Virus record (IMG/VR): IMGVR_UViG_3300030085_005071
Coordinates: 1-64,000 of that record
Source: an uncultured virus (IMG/VR IMGVR_UViG_3300030085_005071)
Lineage: Duplodnaviria > Heunggongvirae > Uroviricota > Caudoviricetes
Direction: 5' to 3' (one strand)
DNA: 64,000 nucleotides
The stretch's first letter is position 1, and every line of letters begins with the position of its first letter. A program made the position numbers and the translations under genes. The notes beneath the pieces were generated by a model. The model did no database searches. It worked only from the letters and a program-made list of their open reading frames with translations, and was not told where the DNA came from. Positions 1 to 10,800 of this stretch are shown piece after piece.

Positions 1-2
1 TT

Positions 3-767
3 ATGAGACATTATGTTGCGCACCCAGCAATGTCAGATAATGGTGAACAAATTGGCGGGATTGTAGGTTTTTACTACAATCTCGTTAACCTTATAGAAAA
101 ATGTAAACCTGAAAGTGTCATTGTTGTCTGGGAAGGCGGCGGCTCTAAAAGAAAAAGAGATCTATACAAAAACTATAAAAATAGTAGAAAGCCTCTAAAA
201 ATGAATCGATATTATGATCAAGAAGAAATACCTGATACATATAAAAATAGAAATTACCAAGTTGCAACAATTGTTTCTTTATTAAAGTATTTACCAGTAT
301 GTCAAATCTATATTGAAGATGCAGAAGCAGATGACGCAATTGGTTATATTTGCAAATACAAACTTAAAACAAAAAATAAAGTAATTGTAACAGGTGATCA
401 TGACTATTATCAGCTCATCGATAAAGATTGTATAATCTATTCTCCTAATTCTAAATCATTTGTAAATGCAGAAAAAGTTATAGAAAAATATGGTGTTCAC
501 CCACATAACTTTTGTTTGGCAAAATCAATAGTAGGCGATAAATCAGATAATATACCGGGCGTGCCCGGGGCAGGATTTAAAACGCTGACAAAAGAATTTG
601 GAAGTTTATTTTTAAAAGAAGATTTCCAAAATAATGCATTTCAGTTATTTATCGAAAACGACGTTAAACACCAAGAAAAACCAAAAAGAAAATTGTATAA
701 ATCCATTAAAGAAAACGAAAAATTAATAGAACGCAACGTCAAATTAGTCAGACNNNNNNNNNNATAA
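3..767 (+). CDS. 5'-3' exonuclease / flap endonuclease (T4 RNase H / PolA N-terminal-like), partial
   Basis: Motifs VWEG..S..KR, YKNSR, EADDAIG, TGDHDYYQL, GDKSDNIPGVPGAGFKT. Runs into the N gap; the 5' end may lie outside the window. Confidence 0.9.
   Translation: MRHYVAHPAMSDNGEQIGGIVGFYYNLVNLIEKCKPESVIVVWEGGGSKRKRDLYKNYKNSRKPLKMNRYYDQEEIPDTYKNRNYQVATIVSLLKYLPVCQIYIEDAEADDAIGYICKYKLKTKNKVIVTGDHDYYQLIDKDCIIYSPNSKSFVNAEKVIEKYGVHPHNFCLAKSIVGDKSDNIPGVPGAGFKTLTKEFGSLFLKEDFQNNAFQLFIENDVKHQEKPKRKLYKSIKENEKLIERNVKLVRXXXX
754..763. other. assembly gap (10 N)
   Basis: Run of n. Confidence 1.
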
Positions 768-837
768 TATTAAAAATATTGACATGATGAGACATAGCAA
801 TTATTTTAGAAATTTAACAAAAACAAAGGAAATATAA

Positions 838-2214
838 ATGAACGAAGGAAACCACTATTTTTCTAAATACGGAAAAGACTTTCAAGAAAAAGTATTCCAA
901 GCTTTAATGACTGACAGACAATGGGCAAGTCAAATGATAGAAGTTATGAAATACGATTATTTTGAACTAAAATATCTGCAATTTTTATGCGATAGATTAT
1001 TTGGATACTATCAAAAATACAGAGATTTTCCTACACTTCCTTTGCTAGTAACAATTATTAAAGATGAGTTAACAGCAGGTGATGACATTATTCTTAGGGG
1101 GCAAGTAATAGAATACCTATCACGAATGAAGTCTTCACCTAATATTGGTGATCTTAAATTTGTAAAAGAAAAATCTTTAGACTTTTGTAAAAAGCAAGCA
1201 CTCCAGCAAGCACTTGAAGACAGTGTAAAAGCAATTAAGTCTGAGCAATATGAGTCTGTTCTTAACATTATGAAGGAAGCAGTTTTTAAAGGTAATTCAT
1301 CAACAATTGGTCATGACTTTTTTGAAGACCATGAAAGTCGTTTTCAACTTATTGATCGTGCTACATGCCCTACGGGTATTAGTCACTTAGACAAAAAAGA
1401 TGTTTTAAATGGCGGTCTTGGTAGAGGAGAAATTGGAGTCGTAGTAGCCAATACAGGTGTTGGAAAATCACATTACCTAGTTGCTATGGGTTCTGAAGCA
1501 ATACGTAGAGGAAAAAATGTAGTTCATTATACATTTGAACTAACTGAAACAGCAGTAGGTATTAGATACGATAGTAATTTATGCAAAATACCATCTTCAA
1601 ATGTTATTCAAAATAAAGACAAAGTTATTCAAACTTATAAGGATAGTAGCTTTGGTAGACTAATAATTAAGCAATATCCAACAGGTAGCGCAAGCATCGT
1701 AACCCTAAGAAATCATCTAGAAAAACTAGCAATGAAAGATTTCAAACCGAGCTTAATCGTTATCGATTATGCGGATATTATGCGATCTACACGAACTTAC
1801 GATTCACTTAGACACGAACTAAAATTAGTATACGAAGAACTTAGGAACCTAGCAATGGAAATGAACATCCCAATCTGGACAGCATCACAGGCAAATAGAG
1901 ACTCTGCTAAAGCTGAAGTTGTAGGGTTGGAAAATATGTCTGAGGCGTATGGCAAAGCCATGGTGGCAGATGTTGTTGTTTCACTTTCACGTAAGCCTAT
2001 GGAAAAATCTACAGGAGCAGGTCGACTATTTGTAGCAAAAAATCGTGCAGGACGCGACGGGTTAATGTTTCCAATTAGAATTGATACATCCCGTTCGAAA
2101 ATTGATGTTCTAGAAGACGTTGGTGAAATGTCGCTAACAGACGCCATCGAAGCCGCAAATGCTGGAACTAAAAATATGTTAAAATCAAAATGGAAAGAAA
2201 TAACAGGAAAGTAA
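838..2214 (+). CDS. dnaB: replicative DnaB/T4 gp41-like helicase
   Basis: Walker A ANTGVGKS, HYTFEL, VIDYAD, IWTASQANR, KNRAG. Confidence 0.9.
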   Translation: MNEGNHYFSKYGKDFQEKVFQALMTDRQWASQMIEVMKYDYFELKYLQFLCDRLFGYYQKYRDFPTLPLLVTIIKDELTAGDDIILRGQVIEYLSRMKSSPNIGDLKFVKEKSLDFCKKQALQQALEDSVKAIKSEQYESVLNIMKEAVFKGNSSTIGHDFFEDHESRFQLIDRATCPTGISHLDKKDVLNGGLGRGEIGVVVANTGVGKSHYLVAMGSEAIRRGKNVVHYTFELTETAVGIRYDSNLCKIPSSNVIQNKDKVIQTYKDSSFGRLIIKQYPTGSASIVTLRNHLEKLAMKDFKPSLIVIDYADIMRSTRTYDSLRHELKLVYEELRNLAMEMNIPIWTASQANRDSAKAEVVGLENMSEAYGKAMVADVVVSLSRKPMEKSTGAGRLFVAKNRAGRDGLMFPIRIDTSRSKIDVLEDVGEMSLTDAIEAANAGTKNMLKSKWKEITGK

Positions 2215-2227
2215 TCAAGGAGAACTA

Positions 2228-4702
2228 ATGTACGATTATCAAAGAGTCTTTGAAGCCTCGCTAGAATATTTTAACGGTGACGAGCTAGCCGCATCGGTTT
2301 TTGCAGGTAAATATGCACTGCAAGATGAAAAAGGGAATTATTTGGAACTAACACCAGATGATATGCATAGACGACTAGCAGGTCAGTTCGCAAGAATTGA
2401 AAGAAAATATCCTAATAACATGGTCTTGGAAGAGATCTATCAGTTATTTAAAGATTTTAAATACGTGGTTCCGCAAGGATCACCAATGAGTGGTATAGGA
2501 AATGAAGCAAAAATTCAATCTTTATCGAACTGCTTTGTCATTGAATCCCCCGCTGATTCTTACGCGGGCATTCTTAAGACAGATCAAGAGCAAGTGCAAA
2601 TCATGAAAAGGAGGGGTGGAGTAGGTTTTGACATCTCCACAATCAGACCCAAGGGTATGATAACCTCAAACGCTGCAAAAACAACTGATGGTATCGAGGT
2701 ATTTCTGGACCGTTTCTCTAACTCATGTCGGGAAGTTGCACAAGGTGGAAGACGTGGAGCATTAATGCTGTCCATTTCAGTTCATCATCCACAAGTGATG
2801 GATTTTATCAAGATCAAGAGAGATCTAAAGAGAGTTACTGGTGCGAATATCTCAGTTAGGGTCACCGATGAGTTTATGAACGCTGTCAAGGCAGAAGAAG
2901 AATATTGTTTAAGATGGCCAGTAGATTCAGAAAACCCGGTGATATCTGAGACTGCGAACGCAACAGAAGTTTGGGATGCCCTTATTGAAGGTGCACATGC
3001 GTCTGCCGAACCCGGTGTTCTATTCTGGGATACTGCAAAACGCATGACCCCTTCTGACGCTTACTCTGACGTTGGTTTTGGATCTGTTTCTACTAATCCG
3101 TGTGGTGAAATTATTCTGTCACCTTATGATTCTTGTCGACTTATGCTTATGAATTTGACTTCTTTTGTAAAAGATCCATGGACAGAAAGTGCTACTTTTA
3201 ACTGGGGTGAATTTAGAAATAAAACACGTAAGGCACAAAGACTAATGGATGATATGATTGATCTAGAAATAGAACAGATTGACAAGATCTTATCTAAAAT
3301 AGACAATGATCCGGAAAATGAGACAGTAAAGTATTACGAGAAAAATCTTTGGAAGACAATACGTAAAGTAGCTATTGACGGCCGTCGAACGGGTTTAGGT
3401 GTTACCGGCCTAGGCGATACAATTGCAATGTTAGGTCAAACGTACGGTTCTGACAAGAGTATCGAAACAGTTGAAGAAATATATAAATGGTTAACTTTAG
3501 CTTCATATGAAGAATCAATTCAGTTGGCAAAAGAAAGAGGCGCTTTTGAAGTTTTTAGTCACAGAAAAGAAAGAGGGCACCCTTACCTAGAAAGAGTTAT
3601 TAGTGAATTAACACCAGAAGTTGTTGAAGATTATCGCACTTACGGTCGTCGTAACATTGCAAACACTACTACTGCACCTGCCGGTTCAGTTTCTTGTCTC
3701 ACGCAAACTACGTCAGGAATCGAACCTGCTTTCATGCTGTATTACAAGCGACGCAAGAAAGTACAAAACGGTGAAGAAGTGATGTTTGTAGATGATCTTG
3801 GTGATAAGTGGACAGAGTTTATGGTGTATCACCACGGTTTCAAACAGTGGCTAGATGCTAACGGTGGTTCTTATGATGAAGATGATATACAGACTACTGC
3901 CAGACGTTCGCCTTATTACGGTGCAACTGCAAATGAAATTGATTGGCGTGCAAAAGTAAAACTCCAATCAGTGGCTCAAAAATGGATCTGTCATGCCATT
4001 TCAAATACCACAAATCTTCCTGCGGGTATTGATGTAGATACAGTGAAAGATATCTACATGCTTGGTTGGGAACTAGGGTGTAAGGGTGTAACAGTTTATC
4101 GGGACGGTTCTCGTTCAGGTGTATTAGTATCAACAGACGATAAGAAAGAAGAAAAACCTTTTGGTGAAAGGCATGCTCCTAAAAGACCTGACGAATTAGA
4201 ATGTGATATATATCACACTTCAGTCAAAGGTCAAAAATGGGTCGTTCTTGTCGGACTCCTTGAAGGAAAGCCCTATGAGGTGATTGGCGGAGAAGCATCA
4301 CAAATTGAAATACCACGTAAATTTAAAAAAGGCAGACTAAATAAGCGTACTTTTAAAACTACAAATTCAAAATATGACTTAACAATTGGTGAAGATGATC
4401 CTCTCTCAATTAAAGATGTAGTTAGTATGTTTGATAATGCAAATCATGCTGGATATACTCGAACAATTAGTTTGGCACTACGTCACGGAGCACCAGTTCA
4501 ATACTTAGTCGAACAAATGCAAAAAGATAAAGAAGCTGACCTGTTTAGTTTTTCAAAGGTTATTGCCCGATGTCTTAAAAATTATATCGTAGACGGAACT
4601 ACTGTTGACAAAACATGTCCCCATTGTGGTGCAGAAGGTAGTTTGGTATACCAGGAGGGGTGTGTCACATGCAAATCTTGCGGTTCATCAAAATGTGGCT
4701 AA
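2228..4702 (+). CDS. nrdJ: class II (B12-dependent) ribonucleotide reductase with C-terminal Zn ribbon
   Basis: SLSNCFV, GGRRGALM, TNPCGEIIL, TTAPAGSVS..TTSGIEP, KGVTVYRDGSR, terminal CPHC...EGCVTCKSCGSSKC. No beta-subunit gene adjacent. Confidence 0.9.
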   Translation: MYDYQRVFEASLEYFNGDELAASVFAGKYALQDEKGNYLELTPDDMHRRLAGQFARIERKYPNNMVLEEIYQLFKDFKYVVPQGSPMSGIGNEAKIQSLSNCFVIESPADSYAGILKTDQEQVQIMKRRGGVGFDISTIRPKGMITSNAAKTTDGIEVFLDRFSNSCREVAQGGRRGALMLSISVHHPQVMDFIKIKRDLKRVTGANISVRVTDEFMNAVKAEEEYCLRWPVDSENPVISETANATEVWDALIEGAHASAEPGVLFWDTAKRMTPSDAYSDVGFGSVSTNPCGEIILSPYDSCRLMLMNLTSFVKDPWTESATFNWGEFRNKTRKAQRLMDDMIDLEIEQIDKILSKIDNDPENETVKYYEKNLWKTIRKVAIDGRRTGLGVTGLGDTIAMLGQTYGSDKSIETVEEIYKWLTLASYEESIQLAKERGAFEVFSHRKERGHPYLERVISELTPEVVEDYRTYGRRNIANTTTAPAGSVSCLTQTTSGIEPAFMLYYKRRKKVQNGEEVMFVDDLGDKWTEFMVYHHGFKQWLDANGGSYDEDDIQTTARRSPYYGATANEIDWRAKVKLQSVAQKWICHAISNTTNLPAGIDVDTVKDIYMLGWELGCKGVTVYRDGSRSGVLVSTDDKKEEKPFGERHAPKRPDELECDIYHTSVKGQKWVVLVGLLEGKPYEVIGGEASQIEIPRKFKKGRLNKRTFKTTNSKYDLTIGEDDPLSIKDVVSMFDNANHAGYTRTISLALRHGAPVQYLVEQMQKDKEADLFSFSKVIARCLKNYIVDGTTVDKTCPHCGAEGSLVYQEGCVTCKSCGSSKCG

Positions 4703-4749
4703 AGCCATGTCCTTGCTGTGATTGTGACCCTTGTGACTGCCATTATTAA
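4669..4749 (+). CDS. putative Cys-rich micropeptide MQILRFIKMWLKPCPCCDCDPCDCHY
   Basis: AGGAGG at 4653-4658 before ATG 4669; six Cys in the last 13 residues; overlaps the nrdJ 3' end in another frame. Confidence 0.5.
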   Translation: MQILRFIKMWLKPCPCCDCDPCDCHY

Positions 4750-4813
4750 TAAATTAAATAGATTTTGAAAACGCTATTTTTTTTATATATTTATAATGGT
4801 TGCGGAGAAAAAT

Positions 4814-5680
4814 ATGAAAATTAAAAAAAGAGACTTACTTGTTTTGATTGAATCTTATGTAAATGAACAAGCATTAGATTTAGAACTACCGACTAGTGAT
4901 AAAACACCTGCATCAGAACAACAAATTAAAACTGCCATAAATGATTTAGCCTACTTTTATGACAGAGCAAAAGATTTAAAAGTGTTTCTTCGTAATCAAA
5001 TTTCAAGCCTGGAATCAAGTTTTGGTACTATACAGACAATGACGTTAGATAATATCGCATCAGTTAAGTCAGTCATGTCTAATCTTCCAGGTACAGAAGG
5101 TATGATGAATCAACTTGACTCAGCATTGGCAATTATGAAAAAAATAGATAGTGCTATTTCAGGTTTTGAGTCTTTATTTGCTTCACCTATTGATTCTAAA
5201 AAATGGGCAAAGGGAATTGTAGAAAAATACATGGTTAATCCAGAGAGGTTTGCAAATCAACCTGACATGTCTCGTTTATTAAATTCATTTCGTTTGTTAG
5301 GAGAATCGCTAGGTTTAATTGTTGACGCTTTCAAAGGTATGATAAGAATTTACAATAAATCAACAATGCCCAACCCAAATACAAATAAAGATGAACCTAG
5401 TGGCTTGTTATTCTTATTTAACATGTTAATTTTACTTCCTAAGGCATTGCTTGATATTAACATGCAGGAACAACTTTTAACAGAAAATATTTCATTTCTT
5501 AAAGAGGTATTTCCAGAGCATCCACAAGTATTAGGTTTAGTTAAATTAATGGAAGAATTGTTAAGAGCAAATCAGGAAGTAAAAAAACTAGGAAGTAGTC
5601 TATCTAATATTAGTTTTTCAAGCAATAGAGACGCTAAAACGCAAGAAAGATTTAATGATGATTATGAGGTAGGATTTTAA
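4814..5680 (+). CDS. leader-tagged hypothetical protein (putative virion-internal)
   Basis: GGAG RBS before ATG 4814; N-terminus MKIKKRDLLVLIESYVNEQ. Confidence 0.7.
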   Translation: MKIKKRDLLVLIESYVNEQALDLELPTSDKTPASEQQIKTAINDLAYFYDRAKDLKVFLRNQISSLESSFGTIQTMTLDNIASVKSVMSNLPGTEGMMNQLDSALAIMKKIDSAISGFESLFASPIDSKKWAKGIVEKYMVNPERFANQPDMSRLLNSFRLLGESLGLIVDAFKGMIRIYNKSTMPNPNTNKDEPSGLLFLFNMLILLPKALLDINMQEQLLTENISFLKEVFPEHPQVLGLVKLMEELLRANQEVKKLGSSLSNISFSSNRDAKTQERFNDDYEVGF

Positions 5681-5707
5681 AAATTAATCATTACTAGTCT
5701 AAAAACT

Positions 5708-5744
5708 AAAGAGAGGTGTAATAACCTCTCTTTTTTGTTATAAT
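5708..5744 (+). promoter_or_regulatory. intrinsic terminator hairpin carrying a class A promoter (GTGTAA-17-TATAAT)
   Basis: aaagagaggt/acctctcttt plus T-run; GTGTAA 5716-5721, TATAAT 5739-5744. Confidence 0.7.
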
Positions 5745-5775
5745 AAAAACATAAATAATTTATAAAGGAGAAAAA

Positions 5776-6378
5776 ATGCTTTGGAAATATAACACGTCCC
5801 CGTTAGTTAAAGAATATGAATTACACATGCAACCGGTAATTGTGACAGTAAATAAATTTGATGAAGAAAGCGCAAAAGAGTTTAGAACTAAAATGGCCAT
5901 GGCACATAACACCGGTCAAAAAGTTATCCCCATTGTTATTGATAGCTATGGTGGTCAGGTATATTCGCTAATGTCAATGATTTCTACAATTAAGAATTCA
6001 GAATTGCCTATCGCAACAATTATTCAAGGTAAGGCAATGTCTTGCGGCGCTATTTTAGCATCGTTTGGAGAAGAAGGGCGTAGATTTATGGATCCTAATG
6101 CGACTATGATGATACATGATGTAAGTTCAGGCCAGCTAGGAAAAGTAGAAGAAGTAAAAGCATCAGCGAAAGAGTCAGATCGATTAAATCAAATTGTTTA
6201 TAAAATGATGGCACAGAATTGCGGTAAGGCAGATGACTATTTTCTTAAGTTAGTAGATAAGAAAAAACACGCTGACTGGTTTTTAGATGCAGCTGAAGCT
6301 AAAAAGCATGGTTTAGTTAATCACCTTCGTGTACCAAAAATTAGCATAAACTTGAATGTTAGTATCGATCTTGAATAA
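5776..6378 (+). CDS. clpP: ClpP-family protease
   Basis: IDSYGG, GKAMSCG (Ser), MMIHD (His), DWFLDAAEA (Asp). Confidence 0.9.
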   Translation: MLWKYNTSPLVKEYELHMQPVIVTVNKFDEESAKEFRTKMAMAHNTGQKVIPIVIDSYGGQVYSLMSMISTIKNSELPIATIIQGKAMSCGAILASFGEEGRRFMDPNATMMIHDVSSGQLGKVEEVKASAKESDRLNQIVYKMMAQNCGKADDYFLKLVDKKKHADWFLDAAEAKKHGLVNHLRVPKISINLNVSIDLE

Positions 6379-6401
6379 TTATATATTATTTAGGAGATAT
6401 T

Positions 6402-6863
6402 ATGGAAGATTATGTAGTCAAGTACATTGGTTGTACAAAAGCTTTATTATCATGGTTTCATGCTGCACACCACGTGACAAAAGGAAGTGGTTTTGCAGGT
6501 GATCATGTCAATCTTTACGGAGAAATATATAACGGAATTAATGAAGACTTTGACGCACTAGTTGAAAAATTTATTGTCGTTTGTGACACAGAAAAAGTTG
6601 CATGCCCACTCAATGCAACACTAGAATCTGTTCCCTTCTTAATGCAGTTTACCTCACCTGTTGACTTAAATCCCGATGCAATAGCAGCTGTAGGATTACA
6701 ATTTATGAGACATCATGTAGATCATTTAACTAAATTGTATCATCAACTTGAAAGTAAACGTTTGTTAACATTAGGGGCAGATGATTATTTAGCTGCAGCA
6801 GCTAATCAATATGAGAAATATGTATATTTACTCGGACAAAGAGTCAAGAGTGGGAGAGTTTAA
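6402..6863 (+). CDS. Dps/ferritin-like protein
   Basis: FHAAHHVTKGSGFAGDHVNLYGEIY...D.LVEK, matching the Dps HW-G-F-H-E pattern. Confidence 0.75.
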   Translation: MEDYVVKYIGCTKALLSWFHAAHHVTKGSGFAGDHVNLYGEIYNGINEDFDALVEKFIVVCDTEKVACPLNATLESVPFLMQFTSPVDLNPDAIAAVGLQFMRHHVDHLTKLYHQLESKRLLTLGADDYLAAAANQYEKYVYLLGQRVKSGRV

Positions 6864-7756
6864 TGGATAAAGTTTTTTATAATCAAAGTAGTGCAGCTAA
6901 TCTAGGATGGAAACCTGACTGGTTTGGAGAGAATGAATTTGATGACGATTTAGTTTTGGCAATTGCTGCTTGGCAGAAAAAGAATGGGCTTAAGGCAGAT
7001 GGTCTATGCGGACCAGGTACATTTAGGAGAATATTTACTGAGAGACAAAGCGAGATTGATAAATATGAACCTGATCTGATCAAAGATAAAGATGAGTCTT
7101 TTATTGTGCATCAAGGTAATTTTTTTCCTATCGATTGGCCAAAGGTAGTGTTGTGGTCAGAAGAAAAAGGCTATAAAGCAAGGAAAGGATATACTTCTTA
7201 TTTTGAACCACGCGATATTAAAATGTTTGTTAATCACTGGGATGTCTGCCTAAACAGTAGATCTTGTTATAAAGTGTTAGACAAGCGCGGTTTAGCAGTA
7301 CATTTTTTAATTGATAATGATGGAACAATATTTCAACTTCTAGATATGAATCATGCAGCTTATCACGCCGGTAGCAAGAAACATAATCACAGCACCGTTG
7401 GTGTTGAAATATCAAATGCATATGATCCAAAATACCAGTCATGGTACGAGAAAAATGGTTTTGGTAGAAGACCTATCATGGAAGGGCAAGAAGTGCATGG
7501 TAAAGCTTTAGGTGATTTTACGGGATTCTATGATATTCAGCTCCAGGCTCTTAAAGCACTTTGGAAAGCTGTTCATGAGGCAACTGGTGTACCTCTGAAG
7601 TGCCCACTAGATAAAAATGGCAACACACTTAAGAAAGTATCAACTTCTGCTGCAGCAAACAGCTACAAAGGTTTTGTTAGCCATTATCATTTGACAAGTA
7701 GAAAAATTGATTGTGCCGGCTTAGACATTAGTGGCTTATTAAAAGAAATAAAATAA
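6863..7756 (+). CDS. endolysin: peptidoglycan-binding domain + N-acetylmuramoyl-L-alanine amidase (Amidase_2)
   Basis: WQKKNGLKADGLCGPGT; HFLIDNDGTIFQ, AYHAG, N..TVGVEI, SHYHL...KIDC. Confidence 0.9.
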   Translation: MDKVFYNQSSAANLGWKPDWFGENEFDDDLVLAIAAWQKKNGLKADGLCGPGTFRRIFTERQSEIDKYEPDLIKDKDESFIVHQGNFFPIDWPKVVLWSEEKGYKARKGYTSYFEPRDIKMFVNHWDVCLNSRSCYKVLDKRGLAVHFLIDNDGTIFQLLDMNHAAYHAGSKKHNHSTVGVEISNAYDPKYQSWYEKNGFGRRPIMEGQEVHGKALGDFTGFYDIQLQALKALWKAVHEATGVPLKCPLDKNGNTLKKVSTSAAANSYKGFVSHYHLTSRKIDCAGLDISGLLKEIK

Positions 7757-7786
7757 TTTTTAACACTTTGTTCTGTTAATATATAC

Positions 7787-7870
7787 TTATAACATCATGC
7801 ACTATCCAGTATCAGGTATATACCTGCATGGTGTTGTAAGTTTTAGTTTAGTTTAGTTTGAGTATAGTTA
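7787..7870 (+). promoter_or_regulatory. structured 5' leader of a structural gene (15-bp stem, inner palindrome, GTTTA repeats)
   Basis: ttataacatcatgca 7787-7801 pairs with tgcatggtgttgtaa 7825-7839 using two G-U pairs; caggtatatacctg at 7813-7826. Confidence 0.5.
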
Positions 7871-10800
7871 ATGACAGCATTAAGAGTTAATGAGTCGTCA
7901 GGATCCTTAGGGTCATTGCAAATTGCTGACGGTTTTGGTGGGTTTTTATCAGGAAGCTTAAAAGCCGGGCCGAACATAACTATATCAAATGACGGGACAG
8001 GAAGCTTCGCAATAACAGCTAGTCTTTCTGCTGGAACTGCTATTGGTGAAGCTGAAGATGGAACTTACGCTGACGGTCTTTTTACTGATTTCGCAATTGA
8101 CACACCAATTGGAACTGCAGTGGACAGATTTAACGAAGTATTAAAAGCTCTCGCTCCTGCACCTGCACCTAACTTAGACGACATTAATTCTCTAAATACC
8201 GGGACTAACCTTTTCTTATCTTTTGGTACATCTAATGACCAATCATCTGAGACCCCATCGTATATTTCTGTTGCTGGCTCTGCTGGTGTAGGGTCTGCCG
8301 TCGACGTTAACGGTGCGTATAACGTAACTACTAGTAGTAACAATATTAGACTAGGTGCTTTTAACGGTGACACACACGTGAGCGGCGTTTTAAACCCTGA
8401 TGTTATTGCTAATAGTCAAGGCAACGGTGTACAGAATTATCCTGACTTTTCTTTTGGTGACAGTGAAGATGGTGTTTTGCGGTTAAACGTAAATGGAACA
8501 ACGATAAAAGAGATAGACTTAACTGTTGCTTACATAGGTAGTGGCACGTCAGGATTAGGTACTGGTTCACATTTAGACAGTAATGGGTCAGGTTTTAATT
8601 TCTTTTCGCAACCGACAACAGGGACTTTTTCAAATGGGAACGCTTTTAATTCTTTCAGACATAGAACAGGACAGTTTGTTGTAGCTTCAGGTAGCCAAAG
8701 GCTAGGGTGGAATTACGCAAGAGTTTTACATGTTAGAAGCGGATCAACATCTACAACAAACTATATTGAATGGGTTAACGATGACAATGAAGATGCACTC
8801 TCGCCCACAGGAAATTCAATTAGCTTTGAAGGTAGTGGAAGTGTACACCTGTCAGGTGTTGAGTATTTTAGAAGTGGTAGTGCTAAATATAAGACACGCG
8901 TGTCAAACGCATACAAATACGTCTATGATAATAACAACATAACATTTACGACTAGTAATAGTTCTGCTGAGTCTAGTAGTCCTTCCTTTACAATATCAGG
9001 ACAATCAAAGCCAGTAATCGGTGTATCTGAAAATCATACTAAAGTTTTACACATAACTGGATCAGGTAATGTGACAGCAAATTACTTTATAAGCGGTGCT
9101 GTGACAGCAGGTGTCAACGTAACCCACCCTTTCAAGTCAAATCTGTCGAATGCTGCTCAGTCAACAACTACTGGCATTCTAATGTACAACCTGTCTAATA
9201 CGTCAACAAACACATCGGAGACTTTTAGAAGAGAAAATTTTAGAATAGTCTCTGGTGCTTATAATACACAATCATCGTTGACAGACTCGGGTAATGTTTG
9301 GGATAGTACTGTCCATATGACAGCATCAAACGGTGCACACACAAACGGATTACAGTTCTATAATAGGAGATTGTATTCTCCGACCAATACACTTAGATCT
9401 GGTGACTTCCGATCAACATCCGATGGTGGTAAATTAGATAACGCGCCAAATGAAAATCCTAATTATTCTGGGGAATCCGGGCAGCGTACTTTTTACAGAT
9501 GGTTTAGAAATACAACAGGATCTACTAAACACGATCTTAGTATCACAATTAACGGTTCGGGAACAACTATTGTGCCAGCTGCAACCGCATTAAATAGTGG
9601 TAGAATTCGTGTATTTGTTAAGTTTCCAAATAATGGGACAAGAGAGACAGGTTGGTTAGACCTTGCATCAGAGTTTGTTTTAGACTCTTATTCTGATAAT
9701 GCAGGTGCTCATACTGCCAACGGATCTTTAAGTTTTGATAATTCACTTAACGCTACAAATATTGTCACCTTAGGTACAGTCGGGGTTGCAAATAACGAGT
9801 ATATAGGCATAAGAGTAGAAGCTGATGCAGGTTGGACAGGATATATCAGTCAAATTAGCGTAACTTTTGGCGCGGGTACTGGAACAATCACAGCAATACC
9901 TGATCTGGACGACATAGACTGCAACGATGATGGTGTAGACTGCAACCTGTCATTTGGATCGTCTAAATCAGTGTCAGGTTATACAAATGTTGCTGCTTCG
10001 GCAGGAATAGGTAGCGCTGTCGACATAAACGGTTTGTACGAAACAGACTCAAACTCCAACAATCTAAGACGTGCAGTGTTTGCACTTGACACAATTATTG
10101 AGGGAGACCTCAACGAAGACGTATCAGCTAACTCACCAGACTACGTTGCCAATGCTTTCTCAGATGCAAATAGCGGCTCACTTGTCTTGGAAGTAAACGG
10201 TTTAGACTTACATACAGTTGAACTCACCGGTTCATATAATTTAGTTGGGACAGGAAACCCGGGTGCCGGCTCAGGAACTTCTTTCACGGGTAATAGCGGA
10301 TTCTTTGATTTAAGTACATGGAAACCTGCAGAGTTTGACAATGATGTACCTTATTATTTAGAAATACAAAGAACAGGTAAATACAGAGTACACACAGCTG
10401 ATCAAAGAAATGGTTGGAATTATGCTAGAGTAAAGCATGTTGGATCTTGGGGTACAAGGGTAACTAATTATGTTGAATGGGTCAATGATAATAATGCTGA
10501 TGCACTTGCTCATGCTGGTACGTCGATATCTCAATTTGGAGATGACGACATATTTCATCTGAGTGGTGTAAAGTACTTTGTCAATCCAACTGGGAGTATA
10601 CGTACGCGCATCAGTAACATTTATAAAAATGTATACTCAGACGCATCAGACGCTATTTCCCTAACCAGTCTATCAAATGTCAGTGCGGTTTCTATTGTGC
10701 AGTCTGGAGTCGGCCTTTCAAGCACAAAAACAGAAAATGACGGTGCGTCACCACTCCAAACATTAAATACAAATGCAAATTCTGAAACTGAAGTACTTCA

